From the IMG/VR virus record IMGVR_UViG_3300013121_000013, positions 32,001 through 96,000 of that record: a DNA stretch of 64,000 bases, one strand, 5' to 3'. The notes beneath the pieces are model-generated. The model made no database searches and was not told the origin of the DNA. It saw nothing but the letters and a program-made list of their open reading frames with translations. The stretch is from a virus. Taxonomy: Duplodnaviria > Caudoviricetes. Numbering within the stretch: position 1 is the stretch's first letter; each line of letters begins with the position of its first letter. The position numbers were made by a program, and so were the translations under genes. Below, piece after piece: positions 8,266-18,617 of this stretch.

Positions 8266-10647
8266 GTGCCTATTACATCAAATCAAAAAAGAGCGAACAT
8301 GGGCGGCGGACAAGATACGCCGTTTGAACAAGCATTTGCTAATCTAGCGCATACGCATTTGAAAGATAAAGCACCTTCGTTGCTAGATTACGAGGTCGGC
8401 TTTCAACTTGTGGATAGAAACGAAGACAACACAAAAGCTGTAGGTATTTTTGGATTTAAAGTTGGTAATCAGTGGCTGTATGCTCCTGTGTTCTTTTTAA
8501 ATGGTGAGCTTAAAGGCCACGAACTTCTCTACATTAAAAATCAAGATAGCTTCGTTCCTTTGAAGGAAAATTGGCTTAGTTATTTATTAAATAGGAAGCC
8601 GAGTGTCTTAGGAGAAGAGACAGATAAAAATCTATCTCACATTGGAATTATTCCTCCTCACCTATACCAGCTGTCTAGATCGCCGCATAAATTCGCTTCG
8701 GCCATACCTAGAATGTCTGATTGGGCACAGCAAGTGATGCCGGATATTGCAACATTTGCAACAGAGAATCCTCTTACTTCTGAAAAGTATAAAGACATTA
8801 GAACTGCTACTCAGTTTATAAAAGATGCTGGGGCCAATGTAGCCATTACCTTTATCAGAGCTATACAGGAGAATCCGCAGCTTGAGAAAGTGTGCTATGA
8901 TGTGTATGGCAAGGACGAGGTAATTGCTGCTGTAAAGGAAGCTAGAGATTCTTTAAAGAAATCAGCTTCAGTTTTAAATGTTAAAAAAGCTGCTGTTCAA
9001 CCTAGGACTATTAGACAAGTCTTAAATGTTGACCCTCTTTATAAGATGGCTCAAGTACAGAAAAAGATACGAATATTAAAACTGTCGGAAGATAAAAAAG
9101 CTCCTGATGGTCTAGACCAGGGCTTGTCTGGGCTAGACGACAAAGAAAAAGAACAGATTGTGAGATCTGGAGTCGTCATAAAAGATACTAGAGGGCCAGA
9201 AGAAACTACTCTTGCGTATAGAACAGAAGGCCCTGAAAAACTTACGAATCCGTTTGCGAGTGGTATATACGATGTTCTAACTTCTCCAGGGAAGTTCGAA
9301 CGTTGCTATATAGTATTTGGCCCATATAGTTCTAGAAGAAGAAATAGTTTCTGCACGTTGTTCAGACTTGAGGGTTCCAAGTCTGTACTTAATACACATC
9401 CGTCTAACATATGGGTATCCAATAAAGTTGAAGATAAAGAGTTCGATTCTTGGTGGGACAGCTTAGAAGATGTTAAGAGTTTGTCCAAATCTTCGGCTGA
9501 ATATGTTCTTATAACTAAAACTGGAGAAGGTACAGTACCTTTTCGAGTTGAATCTGAGGTAGCAGATGAAAATGGCTACAAGACATATAATGTATGCTTT
9601 GATGACTATGCTAGAAAGTGTAGAGCAGGATATCTGCCCAAAATAGGCCCTGACTCTGATAGAAGATTTGGATTTGAAGGCTCTGGATACGACGATGAAT
9701 ATAGTTCTGACTATCCTAGAATAACTTTAACCGAAAGGCATGGTGGAAGAATTCGTCTAATGAAGGGCGAGCTATTTGTTCCAAATGGAACTAAGATTGT
9801 TAAAGTAACTGATGAAGAGTCGGATAAATCTGAAAAGGATGAGCCTTTAACATTGTCTAGCCTTATTGATATCCAAATGAAGATAATCAATAAGTCGCCT
9901 AAGCTAATGATACAGAAGATGGGAAGTGGCTTTATTCTTAACGGAAAGCCTCAAAAAGATAAGATAGATTCAATCATATATCTTATTAGACAGCACGGGT
10001 TAGGAGAAAAGCAAGCTTCGCTTCTTCTTGATGAAGCTTATGAAAATGGAAAAGCTTCTTATGTCTTAAAATATGCTGCGCCATGGGATTTGTTAAATCA
10101 AGGACCAACAGCTCCAAGCGACCCAGGTCCGTTTATGGGATATGATCCTATGACCAGCGGAGGAGTTCCAACTCAATTCTCGTCTGAGTATATGCAAAAT
10201 ATACCAGAAATGTCTGCTGCAAACACGGATAGGTCTATCTACGCACCAATGGGACCTGAACCTAAATATCAAGGTCCATCTAAGCCAGATCAATCAACGC
10301 TTCAAGCGGCTATGCAAGCTAGCCAGACAGGGCAAAAGGAAGTCTTTGATACAGCTATGCTTGGCTCGCTTTTAAAAGCTACTAAAGATGAAAATCTTGT
10401 AGATAGGTATTTAGGCGATCTGATGAAGGGCATAGACCGTCTTGGACGAATACTCTTCATGTTCTACTGGCACCAGGAAGAGTTTGAGGGCAGATATGGA
10501 AAAGACGATCTTGTTGAATTAGAAGACGGGCTAAGAAATGCGTTTGAGTCACTTGGAGATATTACCTTGTTCTTGAAGCAGAAGACTATAGATCCAGGCC
10601 AAGACAACGCTTACGGACCAGATATAGAAGATATTTCTTCAATATAA
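8266..10647 (+). CDS. Large putative internal head protein with many K-x-A motifs
   Basis: 793 aa; QKRAN, HKFAS, KKSAS, VKKAA, YKMAQ, EKQAS, LKYAA; lies upstream of the head module. Confidence 0.55.
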   Translation: MPITSNQKRANMGGGQDTPFEQAFANLAHTHLKDKAPSLLDYEVGFQLVDRNEDNTKAVGIFGFKVGNQWLYAPVFFLNGELKGHELLYIKNQDSFVPLKENWLSYLLNRKPSVLGEETDKNLSHIGIIPPHLYQLSRSPHKFASAIPRMSDWAQQVMPDIATFATENPLTSEKYKDIRTATQFIKDAGANVAITFIRAIQENPQLEKVCYDVYGKDEVIAAVKEARDSLKKSASVLNVKKAAVQPRTIRQVLNVDPLYKMAQVQKKIRILKLSEDKKAPDGLDQGLSGLDDKEKEQIVRSGVVIKDTRGPEETTLAYRTEGPEKLTNPFASGIYDVLTSPGKFERCYIVFGPYSSRRRNSFCTLFRLEGSKSVLNTHPSNIWVSNKVEDKEFDSWWDSLEDVKSLSKSSAEYVLITKTGEGTVPFRVESEVADENGYKTYNVCFDDYARKCRAGYLPKIGPDSDRRFGFEGSGYDDEYSSDYPRITLTERHGGRIRLMKGELFVPNGTKIVKVTDEESDKSEKDEPLTLSSLIDIQMKIINKSPKLMIQKMGSGFILNGKPQKDKIDSIIYLIRQHGLGEKQASLLLDEAYENGKASYVLKYAAPWDLLNQGPTAPSDPGPFMGYDPMTSGGVPTQFSSEYMQNIPEMSAANTDRSIYAPMGPEPKYQGPSKPDQSTLQAAMQASQTGQKEVFDTAMLGSLLKATKDENLVDRYLGDLMKGIDRLGRILFMFYWHQEEFEGRYGKDDLVELEDGLRNAFESLGDITLFLKQKTIDPGQDNAYGPDIEDISSI

Positions 10648-10660
10648 AGGACTTTAAAGA

Positions 10661-11119
10661 ATGAAGGTTTATAATCAAAGTTATTCAACACTGGCTAAAG
10701 CTGCCGCATCAGCTGCGTTTAATAATATTGTTATAGCTGCGGGGCAAAGCTATTTTTTGCAGGTACCCTTCCCGTATGAAGGTGTTCTGGAAAAGATTAG
10801 ATGCAAGCAAGCGTCAGGCCCATCTGTAGCGTTTACAGTAGATGTGTATGAGTCTGATCTTGGAATTACAAATTTCGGGTCTGCAGTTCATTCGATTCCA
10901 GCATGGGCTCCTTTGTTTGAAGTCGTCAATCAAATGAGTGCCACAGCGGGAAATGTTATTAGGGAGTTGACTAGCGGTATAGACGCTACATTTAGAAATG
11001 TAGATGGAACACAGACAGTTCCACAGAGATTTCTTTATGTTCATATAGCACCCACTGGGGCAGCGGACGTTACTGAATGGATGCTGTCCTTAGAGGCTAG
11101 AACACACGTCGGTGGCTAA
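10661..11119 (+). CDS. Hypothetical beta-rich, probably virion protein
   Basis: 152 aa with alternating hydrophobic strands; AAGGA RBS. Confidence 0.5.
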   Translation: MKVYNQSYSTLAKAAASAAFNNIVIAAGQSYFLQVPFPYEGVLEKIRCKQASGPSVAFTVDVYESDLGITNFGSAVHSIPAWAPLFEVVNQMSATAGNVIRELTSGIDATFRNVDGTQTVPQRFLYVHIAPTGAADVTEWMLSLEARTHVGG

Positions 11120-11139
11120 GTCGAATTGGAGAAGACCTT

Positions 11140-12195
11140 ATGTCCATTAATTCGAGTATCACAAGGCTTAGGGTGGATTCTCCATATCGTCCAGCAGACT
11201 GGAGATGGCAAAAAGCCTGCTATTTAAAGAATAAAAAATCTTTAGCGTCTAAAAGAAAAGACGATAAATGGATAGCCGAAGCGTTGCGATTTAAGATAGC
11301 ACTGGACGCATGTAAAACACAAAAGGACTTAGAGGAACTAACTCGAACCTGGTATTACATGTATTTGGCATATGAAATATATGACGAAAGCGATGAGGGC
11401 GATATCCCTAAAGGACGACCTCATCCAACCAGATATGAAATAGAGGCAAGGATATTAGCAGAAGAATCGTTTGCTTCTATTGGTTGGAAGACTCACGTTG
11501 CTGAAGGCGCTATTGAAATATATGAAAAACTATTTTTCAATGTATTAGATAGAATAGACAGTGAAAGCTATATCTGTAATCAGATCATAGGAAGCGAAGC
11601 CCTTCAAAAAGGTCTTGGTGATAGAGATTATGACAAAATTTGGAAGCTGTACGGATATCACCATGGCGAAGGTGCTGTCGATGAGCTTGTTACAACTTTT
11701 CCTCAAAAGAGAAAAAAACTAGCTCGCGGTGAAATGGAGTCAGTCTGGGAAGAGGACAAACGAGCTACCATGAACCGTAAAGCAGCACTAGCTGCTAGAA
11801 GTATGGCCGTTAATAATTTTACTAATCTCCCTATTTTCGACGCACAAACTAAAGCTACAGAAGTTGCAAATAAATCTTTGTCTGGAGTTGGCGGCGGTGG
11901 GGCCTTAAGTGAAGACTGGCTAAAGTTAATCGGCAACATACTTTTAAATTTACCATGGGTTTCAGGAAAAAAATTAGAAGACGCACATATAGTAGCGCCT
12001 TTTGTAGATCAAGGTTATGATAAAGATAGAGGTTATCCTGTAGAGCCTAGAGCCGATCAAATTTTAATGCTAGCATATAAAAATGGAAGACTACCTAAAC
12101 TTGCTAAAGCTGAATTTCCAGACCAGCCAGCAGACTTAGTAGACGAGTCACAAAACGAGGAGACCGACAATGGAGAAGTTGAGCAAGGAAGCTGA
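11140..12195 (+). CDS. Hypothetical protein (RPADWRWQKA N-terminus)
   Basis: 351-aa ORF with a GGAG RBS. Confidence 0.6.
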   Translation: MSINSSITRLRVDSPYRPADWRWQKACYLKNKKSLASKRKDDKWIAEALRFKIALDACKTQKDLEELTRTWYYMYLAYEIYDESDEGDIPKGRPHPTRYEIEARILAEESFASIGWKTHVAEGAIEIYEKLFFNVLDRIDSESYICNQIIGSEALQKGLGDRDYDKIWKLYGYHHGEGAVDELVTTFPQKRKKLARGEMESVWEEDKRATMNRKAALAARSMAVNNFTNLPIFDAQTKATEVANKSLSGVGGGGALSEDWLKLIGNILLNLPWVSGKKLEDAHIVAPFVDQGYDKDRGYPVEPRADQILMLAYKNGRLPKLAKAEFPDQPADLVDESQNEETDNGEVEQGS

Positions 12196-13669
12196 GAGTC
12201 TCATAATTGAGTCTGTCTCACGCGTGAATGAATTAGTCAATTCTGGTTTGAATCCAACAGACGCAGCCATTAAAGTTGCTGAAGAGAACAGTTTACAACC
12301 TGACTATATCCAGCTAGTAGCCCAAGCATATAATATCGGAGCTACTAATGAACATCGTCAAAATGAAAAAACGGTCCTTGGAAAAGCAGCTAGTTTTCCT
12401 ATCATAGACCCGAAGAAAGTTGTTAAAGCTAGATATCCAGATGAATTAAAATCTGCAGCACAGCTGTTAAGGCAGGAAGCTGTTGCGGATGATTATTCTC
12501 ATCCGCCTCACTGGGTAAGAGAAAGAAATAGATTAAAGGTGGCATGCATTGATCAGAACTGGGCGCTTACTGAAAAGAAGGCTTCTTATCAGACAGATCC
12601 AGAACTAGAAGTTAAAAAAGAAATAGCCCATCAAGACAGACTTCAAAAGAAGGCAGAAAATGCAAGAACTGAAATGTCTAGATACTATAACCAAGTTATG
12701 GGTATAACAAATTCTTTACGCCTATATTTCAAGCAAGCTTCTAAGCACATTCCATTCAAAACAGTAGAAGCTAATTGCAAGATGAAGTATGGCGATAAAG
12801 TTAACTCTTTATTCGATAGACTTTTAGATAGTAATCCAGAGTTTACTAAGTCAGCTTCAAAGAGTTCTATACTTGGTCCAATGATTGGACGACCATATGA
12901 CTTAGTGAGAGATTGGCTGGATAGTGTTGACAAATTTGCAGAGTCTAAAAATAACTTTTCTAAGCTAGCTGGTGAGTACAACGATTCAAGAGTTATAAAG
13001 CCAGAACTAGCTAAGAGAGCTAGGCCAATGCATGTCCTAGATGGAGTTATTTCACTTTCTGAAAAATCCAGTAGTGAGGTATCAAAAGGCCACCCTTCTG
13101 TTACGGGTAACGTATTAAACCCTACAATAGTTAAAGAGGCTGCCTCTGCTAAGAAGATAGAAGATGGCAAGATATTAAGTAAGAAGGCAGAAAATAATCC
13201 TAAGCCTTGGTTTGGAAATAGTGCTACTTTCCTTAGATCAATTAAGCCGTTATTTAGCTCTACTCCTCAAAGCTTAAGCTCAGTGCAAAAGGCAGATATG
13301 GATCACGCCAAACGACTTGCATACGATCCAAAAGGAATGGCCAATATAGACAATCTTCGAACTCAAGCCATGCTTCACGATATGCTTCTAAACGATGACG
13401 TTATTTCTGGCTATGACCCATCTGAAGTAGCCCTAGCCTATAACGATCTTAGAGGCCTAGTGCCAGAAATTGCTGTCAATCCAGTTACAGCCAGGGCTTT
13501 CTTAAGGAAGCATCTAGCACAAGGCCAGACAGATCCATATGACCTAGATCTAGCGGCTGGCCTAGAGAATAAAGTTAGAAAACGTAACGAGCAGCACCTA
13601 ACAGTAGAGGGTGCTAGAATGGGTATAGCTTCTAAACCGAAAATTCGAAGCGAAAAAGAAGAGGAGTAA
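12170..13669 (+). CDS. Putative internal head protein, very rich in K-x-A motifs
   Basis: SKEAE, IKVAE, GKAAS, LKSAA, EKKAS, QKKAE, FKQAS, TKSAS, SKLAG, VKEAA, SKKAE. Confidence 0.6.
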   Translation: MEKLSKEAESLIIESVSRVNELVNSGLNPTDAAIKVAEENSLQPDYIQLVAQAYNIGATNEHRQNEKTVLGKAASFPIIDPKKVVKARYPDELKSAAQLLRQEAVADDYSHPPHWVRERNRLKVACIDQNWALTEKKASYQTDPELEVKKEIAHQDRLQKKAENARTEMSRYYNQVMGITNSLRLYFKQASKHIPFKTVEANCKMKYGDKVNSLFDRLLDSNPEFTKSASKSSILGPMIGRPYDLVRDWLDSVDKFAESKNNFSKLAGEYNDSRVIKPELAKRARPMHVLDGVISLSEKSSSEVSKGHPSVTGNVLNPTIVKEAASAKKIEDGKILSKKAENNPKPWFGNSATFLRSIKPLFSSTPQSLSSVQKADMDHAKRLAYDPKGMANIDNLRTQAMLHDMLLNDDVISGYDPSEVALAYNDLRGLVPEIAVNPVTARAFLRKHLAQGQTDPYDLDLAAGLENKVRKRNEQHLTVEGARMGIASKPKIRSEKEEE

Positions 13670-13671
13670 TA

Positions 13672-15021
13672 ATGAATATTCCACAACCAAAAACGGTTAA
13701 AGAAGCTGCGGCTATTCTAGCTACTGTTAAAGCTAATTCTTTGGCCTTTAAAAAATCTGCTGAAGACCCATGGTATAGTTTTCCTGGCGCTCTTAGACGA
13801 ATTGATACAGCCTCAAACGCTGCTGCAGACGTTATCGGCGCTGCTGCTACTGGAGCTTTGGACAAAGCCAGAGATGGCATTAATTACTTTAAAGGCCATT
13901 TTTCTGACCCTTCAAATGCGCTAGGAATTTCTCCTCTAGGCCAGACTGTTGCAGGAGGTCTAGCTGGTGGTGCGGTTGGAGGCTTAACCGGTCTTACGAC
14001 AGGCCTGTCGCGTAAAAATAAACGACCACTTAGAGATATGCTTACTGGAATTGGTTTAGGTGGTCTTACAGGCGCAGGTCTTGGAGCTGCATATGGCTAT
14101 GGCCATAAAGCTTTATACGATACAGGAGAAGGAGCATCTAGAGCTGGCTTGGACGCTGGAGCTAAAGCCATTGAAGAAGCTAAGGCACATAATGCAACGT
14201 ATGCTATAGCTAGGCCTATAGCTTCTTTAGCCAGGGCTCCTGGTGACACATTATCAAGAGCCGGGACTAAAGTCTTGGATCCAAATATGGCTGACGAAAC
14301 CTGGGCTGGAGCAGCAGGCGGTGGTACGTATTTGGGGGTTAAGGGGTATAAAGGCCTAAGAAATTTGGTGGCTAAATATAAGGGGCTAGACGACAATCGT
14401 GGATGGAGAGCCCTTGCCTCAACTATGAGCGAGCCAACAGCTAAAGGGATGCCAGCAAGTCCTGGAGCTGGAATTGGCAAGCCGAAATCAATACCCTATC
14501 AATTGGCTCAAAGATTATCTACTGGAAAAGAAATTTTTGCTGATGAGATGAATAACATGTTAAATACTTTAGGTCGAAAAGGTGGCGGACTATCTAACAA
14601 GCAAATGATCGAATTGAGGAAGGTGTTAGCCGGAGTAGGCGTTAACGCGCCGACAAGAGCCAAGATTTTAAATGTTATAAAGAATCATGGTCTAGGAAAT
14701 TTAAATGCCAATGAATTACAGCGGCAAATGAACACTGCTGTCAAGACTAGATACGGTGCTAAGCCTACAGTCAGGGGCTTTGGAGCATCAGTTCTAGCGC
14801 CGATGGCTATAACAAGAGGAATAAAGACTCTAACGGATTCTGCTGCACTGAGAGATGAGTTAGAGGCGTTTGTTAAAGCCCAACCGTCTAGCATACAAGG
14901 AAACGGACCTATGCTAGCTAAAGCTTATAAAAAAATGATAGAAGAACAGGCCAACGCGTCCGGCGGTAATCCTCAAGTTTCTCCTGCGATAATAGATAGA
15001 CTTATGAATTGGGGTAAATAA
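13672..15021 (+). CDS. Glycine-zipper putative ejection/internal protein
   Basis: GGLAGGAVGGLTG and GLGGLTGAGLGAAYG segments; VKEAA and KKSAE motifs. Confidence 0.55.
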   Translation: MNIPQPKTVKEAAAILATVKANSLAFKKSAEDPWYSFPGALRRIDTASNAAADVIGAAATGALDKARDGINYFKGHFSDPSNALGISPLGQTVAGGLAGGAVGGLTGLTTGLSRKNKRPLRDMLTGIGLGGLTGAGLGAAYGYGHKALYDTGEGASRAGLDAGAKAIEEAKAHNATYAIARPIASLARAPGDTLSRAGTKVLDPNMADETWAGAAGGGTYLGVKGYKGLRNLVAKYKGLDDNRGWRALASTMSEPTAKGMPASPGAGIGKPKSIPYQLAQRLSTGKEIFADEMNNMLNTLGRKGGGLSNKQMIELRKVLAGVGVNAPTRAKILNVIKNHGLGNLNANELQRQMNTAVKTRYGAKPTVRGFGASVLAPMAITRGIKTLTDSAALRDELEAFVKAQPSSIQGNGPMLAKAYKKMIEEQANASGGNPQVSPAIIDRLMNWGK

Positions 15022-15039
15022 TACCAGAGGTGACAACAT

Positions 15040-16497
15040 ATGCTTAAGGTTATCACGCCAGGTAGCTACGACTTTGATACAAGCTCTACTCAGCTTATAA
15101 AGGTTTCGAGTAGGGGTTTAAGAGGTCATGACCTGAATGAATTTATAAAAAGAGCAGGCCATGCTTTTGTAGATATGGTCAAGAAGCCTGGAATGGTTAA
15201 AGAAGGTGAAGTTCCTATACACCTTATAGCAATTGGAGCCACTGAGTTTTACGGCCCCAATCGAAACGGAGACGGCTTTACTGAAAGTACTTGCAGAGAC
15301 TACCATCAAGAGTTTAAAAAGAACGCTAGATGGTATAGGAACCATTCTAATAAGAATCCATCTGCAAGTTATGGGTTAGTCAAGGAGTCTTATTATAATG
15401 AGAAAATGCATCGTATTGAATTGTTCTGCGTCCTCAATGGAACAAAAGAAGCAGCCAAGAGAAACGGAGGACTTGTCGCAGATCAAGAGCTCGAAAAACT
15501 TGCAAGAGAAGAAGACATCCCTGTTTCCATGGCCTGTCTTGTACCCTATGACATCTGCTCAGAGTGCGGCCATCAAGCAAGGAATAAAAAAGAATACTGT
15601 ACAGGAAAGAGCGAGGGAGGATTCTGCACTAGAGACGGTGCTAAGACAGCTCTTTGTAAAGTCTACTCAGATGGTCGTATTCATCATGTAGACAATCCTA
15701 GACCTAAATTTTTTGATATATCCAAGGTTGTAAGGCCGGCCGATAGGATTGCCTATACTATGGGCAAATTAGCTAGCTGTGCTAGTGTGAAGAGCGGAGC
15801 AGAGATAGCAGAAGAACTAAAGATAACTGCTCCAGCAATGCTATCAATAGATGAGTTTATGCCATATAAAGTGGCAGAACAGATTAAACTCGCTTACGAG
15901 CTTGCTGCTGTAGAAGACTCTATAGAGAATAATTTTAATAACAGACTAAATCTCGCGTTTACAAAAGAAGCCTCTGATCGCCATAGGTTTAACGATGCGC
16001 CCTCTGGCCTTGGCGTGCAACTTTGGAGCGCTTTAGCACAATCAAAAGTGATGCTACCGCTTGAAGGGTTCCTACAGTTGACTACTGGCGATATTGAGAA
16101 ATCGGCCTCTATCGCCCCTGTAGTTCAAGCTGCTCTGCCAGGCGTATATGGAAGAATGATAAATGATGGAACCCTAACGTCATCAGTCGAAAATAATTTA
16201 TTCACAGTTAATGATATATTACCAAATAATAAGCTAAGAAATTGGGCTACCAAATATTCTAAAGATTATTCTTTAGACCCAAATATTGTAGATAAAAGAA
16301 TTGTTAAAGCTGCTATATATAATCCTAAAGTTAGAAAGCCAGCTATGATAAAAATGGCAGCTAATCAAGAAGCTATAGAGCAGCTAGCTAGAAGCTACGC
16401 ATTATACAAGCTTGCAGCATTGCAATATTTACAGGAAAGAGACGTAAAATTTGACCTTACTAAAGAGTTAGCAATACGTCAAAATTACGTAAGCTAA
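15040..16497 (+). CDS. Putative prohead (capsid maturation) protease
   Basis: GPNRNGDGF..RNH motif and VSMACLVPYDICSECGH..FFDISKV..PAD, resembling HK97/assemblin-fold proteases of large phages. Lies directly upstream of the scaffold and capsid genes. Confidence 0.72.
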   Translation: MLKVITPGSYDFDTSSTQLIKVSSRGLRGHDLNEFIKRAGHAFVDMVKKPGMVKEGEVPIHLIAIGATEFYGPNRNGDGFTESTCRDYHQEFKKNARWYRNHSNKNPSASYGLVKESYYNEKMHRIELFCVLNGTKEAAKRNGGLVADQELEKLAREEDIPVSMACLVPYDICSECGHQARNKKEYCTGKSEGGFCTRDGAKTALCKVYSDGRIHHVDNPRPKFFDISKVVRPADRIAYTMGKLASCASVKSGAEIAEELKITAPAMLSIDEFMPYKVAEQIKLAYELAAVEDSIENNFNNRLNLAFTKEASDRHRFNDAPSGLGVQLWSALAQSKVMLPLEGFLQLTTGDIEKSASIAPVVQAALPGVYGRMINDGTLTSSVENNLFTVNDILPNNKLRNWATKYSKDYSLDPNIVDKRIVKAAIYNPKVRKPAMIKMAANQEAIEQLARSYALYKLAALQYLQERDVKFDLTKELAIRQNYVS

Positions 16498-16662
16498 AGT
16501 CCTGTATGTTCAATCTTGTTAAATATTTTGTATAAAACATCTTGTGTAGTTATTGTAAAACCGTCACAATTATATTATTACCTTATGGGTACGGTACATT
16601 TTCTGACACCCGGTAACAACCGGCCGGACCCAGTCAGCAAGAAAGTTTAAAGGAGTGGCCAA

Positions 16663-17955
16663 ATGCCAAGAGCGATGCAAGCACCTACGTATGACGAGAT
16701 CGGCCGGTGGCTAGAAACCGCAACAGCCAGAACTCAGAAGACTGCCAAAGCTAAGTCTGCTTCTGAGATGGAGACTAGCGGCCAAGGTACTAAAGATCCA
16801 GGAGGATACACTGGAGCTAGTAGCCATCCATCCGCAAGAAATGCCTCTAATACACAAAGTGCTCCTATGGGCGCCAGAGCTAAAGAAAATGAGGCGGATA
16901 ATAAGGAAGACAGAGGTCCAGCTTCTGTTGATAGTGTCAGTCCTTCGAGCGGCGGAGATCAGGACGACAAACAGATCCATGTCGGCATGAACCCATCTTC
17001 TACTGGAGAAGATCCGAGCGTAGAGGACGACTACAAGAGTGACAAGGAAGACGGCACAACAGCGCATCCAGCCGACGCTGAAGACGTTGGAGAAAAATAT
17101 AGCTCATGGAAACTTGATCGGCTATGCAAAACTGCTGAATCTCTTCAGAATAATATTTTAGCAAATATAACAATGGGGTTTGGATTTGAAGAGGACGCCA
17201 AGCAGCCAGTAAGAAAGACTGCTGCAGCGAATAGCAAAGCACAAAACAATAGATCGAATTCATCCTCTACACCCTCGAATGAGACAGTTCAGCAAGGTTA
17301 TGAGCTAGCTGCATTAATGGGTCTAACTAAGCAGGCCGCAGACGAGAATGTTAGCTTGTTCCTAGCTGGTATGATGAAGGAAGCTGCTGAAGATGCCGAC
17401 AGCGTTGGCGCATTCCTTGCCGGATATGTACAGAAGCTGGCTGAAGAAGAGGCTGCGGAGCTGCAATGTGGAGAGAACCACGGCTCGCCAGGCGGTGCAG
17501 GCGGCGGCGAGGAACTACCTCCTGAACTTCTTGCGGCTATGCAGGGAGGTGGAGGAGGTGCGCCAGGCGGAGAAGGCGGCGGTGTCCCAGGAGGCGGCCT
17601 CGGAGAGCCCGGCGGAGAAGGCGGTAGTGAAGAAGACGATATGCAGCAACTTGCTATGGCGCTAATGGAAGCTGGGATTCCTCCAGAGAAGCTTCCTGAG
17701 TTAGTCGCTGCAGCACAGGACGCGTCTGGCGAGGGCGATGGAGGCGGACTGCCACCTGGCGGCGATGCGATGCTTGGCGGCGGCGGAGGCGCAGAACCAC
17801 CATCCCCAGCAGAAATGGGAGCTAAGATTGCATCAGCGGTAACCTCGTATAAGAGAAGTGGAAAATTCCGATTTTCTGAGGCCAAGACAGCCGCACAGCG
17901 TCGCAAGCGTGATGCGATGAAAAATTATATTTTAGAGATAGCGGGCCAACGATAA
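16663..17955 (+). CDS. Capsid scaffolding protein (acidic, Gly-rich, K-x-A motifs)
   Basis: Position between protease and capsid; disordered acidic sequence with a basic C-terminal helix; AAGGAG RBS. Confidence 0.6.
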   Translation: MPRAMQAPTYDEIGRWLETATARTQKTAKAKSASEMETSGQGTKDPGGYTGASSHPSARNASNTQSAPMGARAKENEADNKEDRGPASVDSVSPSSGGDQDDKQIHVGMNPSSTGEDPSVEDDYKSDKEDGTTAHPADAEDVGEKYSSWKLDRLCKTAESLQNNILANITMGFGFEEDAKQPVRKTAAANSKAQNNRSNSSSTPSNETVQQGYELAALMGLTKQAADENVSLFLAGMMKEAAEDADSVGAFLAGYVQKLAEEEAAELQCGENHGSPGGAGGGEELPPELLAAMQGGGGGAPGGEGGGVPGGGLGEPGGEGGSEEDDMQQLAMALMEAGIPPEKLPELVAAAQDASGEGDGGGLPPGGDAMLGGGGGAEPPSPAEMGAKIASAVTSYKRSGKFRFSEAKTAAQRRKRDAMKNYILEIAGQR

Positions 17956-18011
17956 CCTGTTACCCGCGCTTCTAAAGCCGGGCAATTGCACTGTAAGGAG
18001 TTATAAGAAAA

Positions 18012-18428
18012 ATGCCTAATTTGACAACTGCTCAAGAAGTCATCGAGCACATCAAGGTTTCTAGCGAGATTGCTGAACGTGCAATGAAGATGGCTAACGA
18101 AAAGAAAGCTCAGGACCAGGCAATTGCGGCCAAAATTCCAGAGGCTGTAGATGCATTGATCCAGAGAGGATTTGTACCTAGTGAGTACGCAGAAGAAGCC
18201 AAGCAAGCTCTTGCTGATCCTGTGCGTGCTCTTGATGTCTTAATTAATACAGCTTGCTATTCGCCAGATAACACTAATCATCTAGGTGAACAAGTTTCAA
18301 ACGGAAGAAGTGAGAAACAAGCTTCTACCAGAGGCAACGTAGACAGCCCTTATTGCGGAGTTCGCTCGTCTACAAAGAGAGCTTCTGATCTTGCGTTTGA
18401 GCAAGGTATTCTTGGTAGAAGAATATAA
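18012..18428 (+). CDS. Small head/scaffold-associated protein
   Basis: Helical; EKQAS and TKRAS motifs; in the head operon. Confidence 0.55.
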   Translation: MPNLTTAQEVIEHIKVSSEIAERAMKMANEKKAQDQAIAAKIPEAVDALIQRGFVPSEYAEEAKQALADPVRALDVLINTACYSPDNTNHLGEQVSNGRSEKQASTRGNVDSPYCGVRSSTKRASDLAFEQGILGRRI

Positions 18429-18446
18429 TTGATAGATGTCTATCAA
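18429..18446. promoter_or_regulatory. 18-bp palindrome, copy 2 (TTGATAGATGTCTATCAA)
   Basis: Immediately after the stop codon; the symmetry extends to 18426-18449; upstream of the decoration and capsid genes. Confidence 0.75.
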
Positions 18447-18617
18447 TTAGTGTAAATTTTAAATTATTGTAAGCTAGAGAATAGGCATACTTTGAGTGCC
18501 AACTGTAATTGGGCTAGAGGTTGAATAGTTTAGCCTCGTGCCAAACATAGAAAAAACTAGCACAAGATTCTAGTATAATCGATTTAATCTATTAACTTTT
18601 TTATGGAGGGTATTAGA

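Noticed and set aside
16498-16662. ncRNA or defined promoter upstream of the scaffold gene
   Set aside because: AT-rich with partial -35/-10 matches at poor spacing, and no convincing structure by eye.
17298-17906. Long antisense ORFs (for example 17298-17906, 35705-36379, 12685-13170, 32080-32577)
   Set aside because: They are shadows of + strand genes or low-complexity sequence, with no RBS or motifs.
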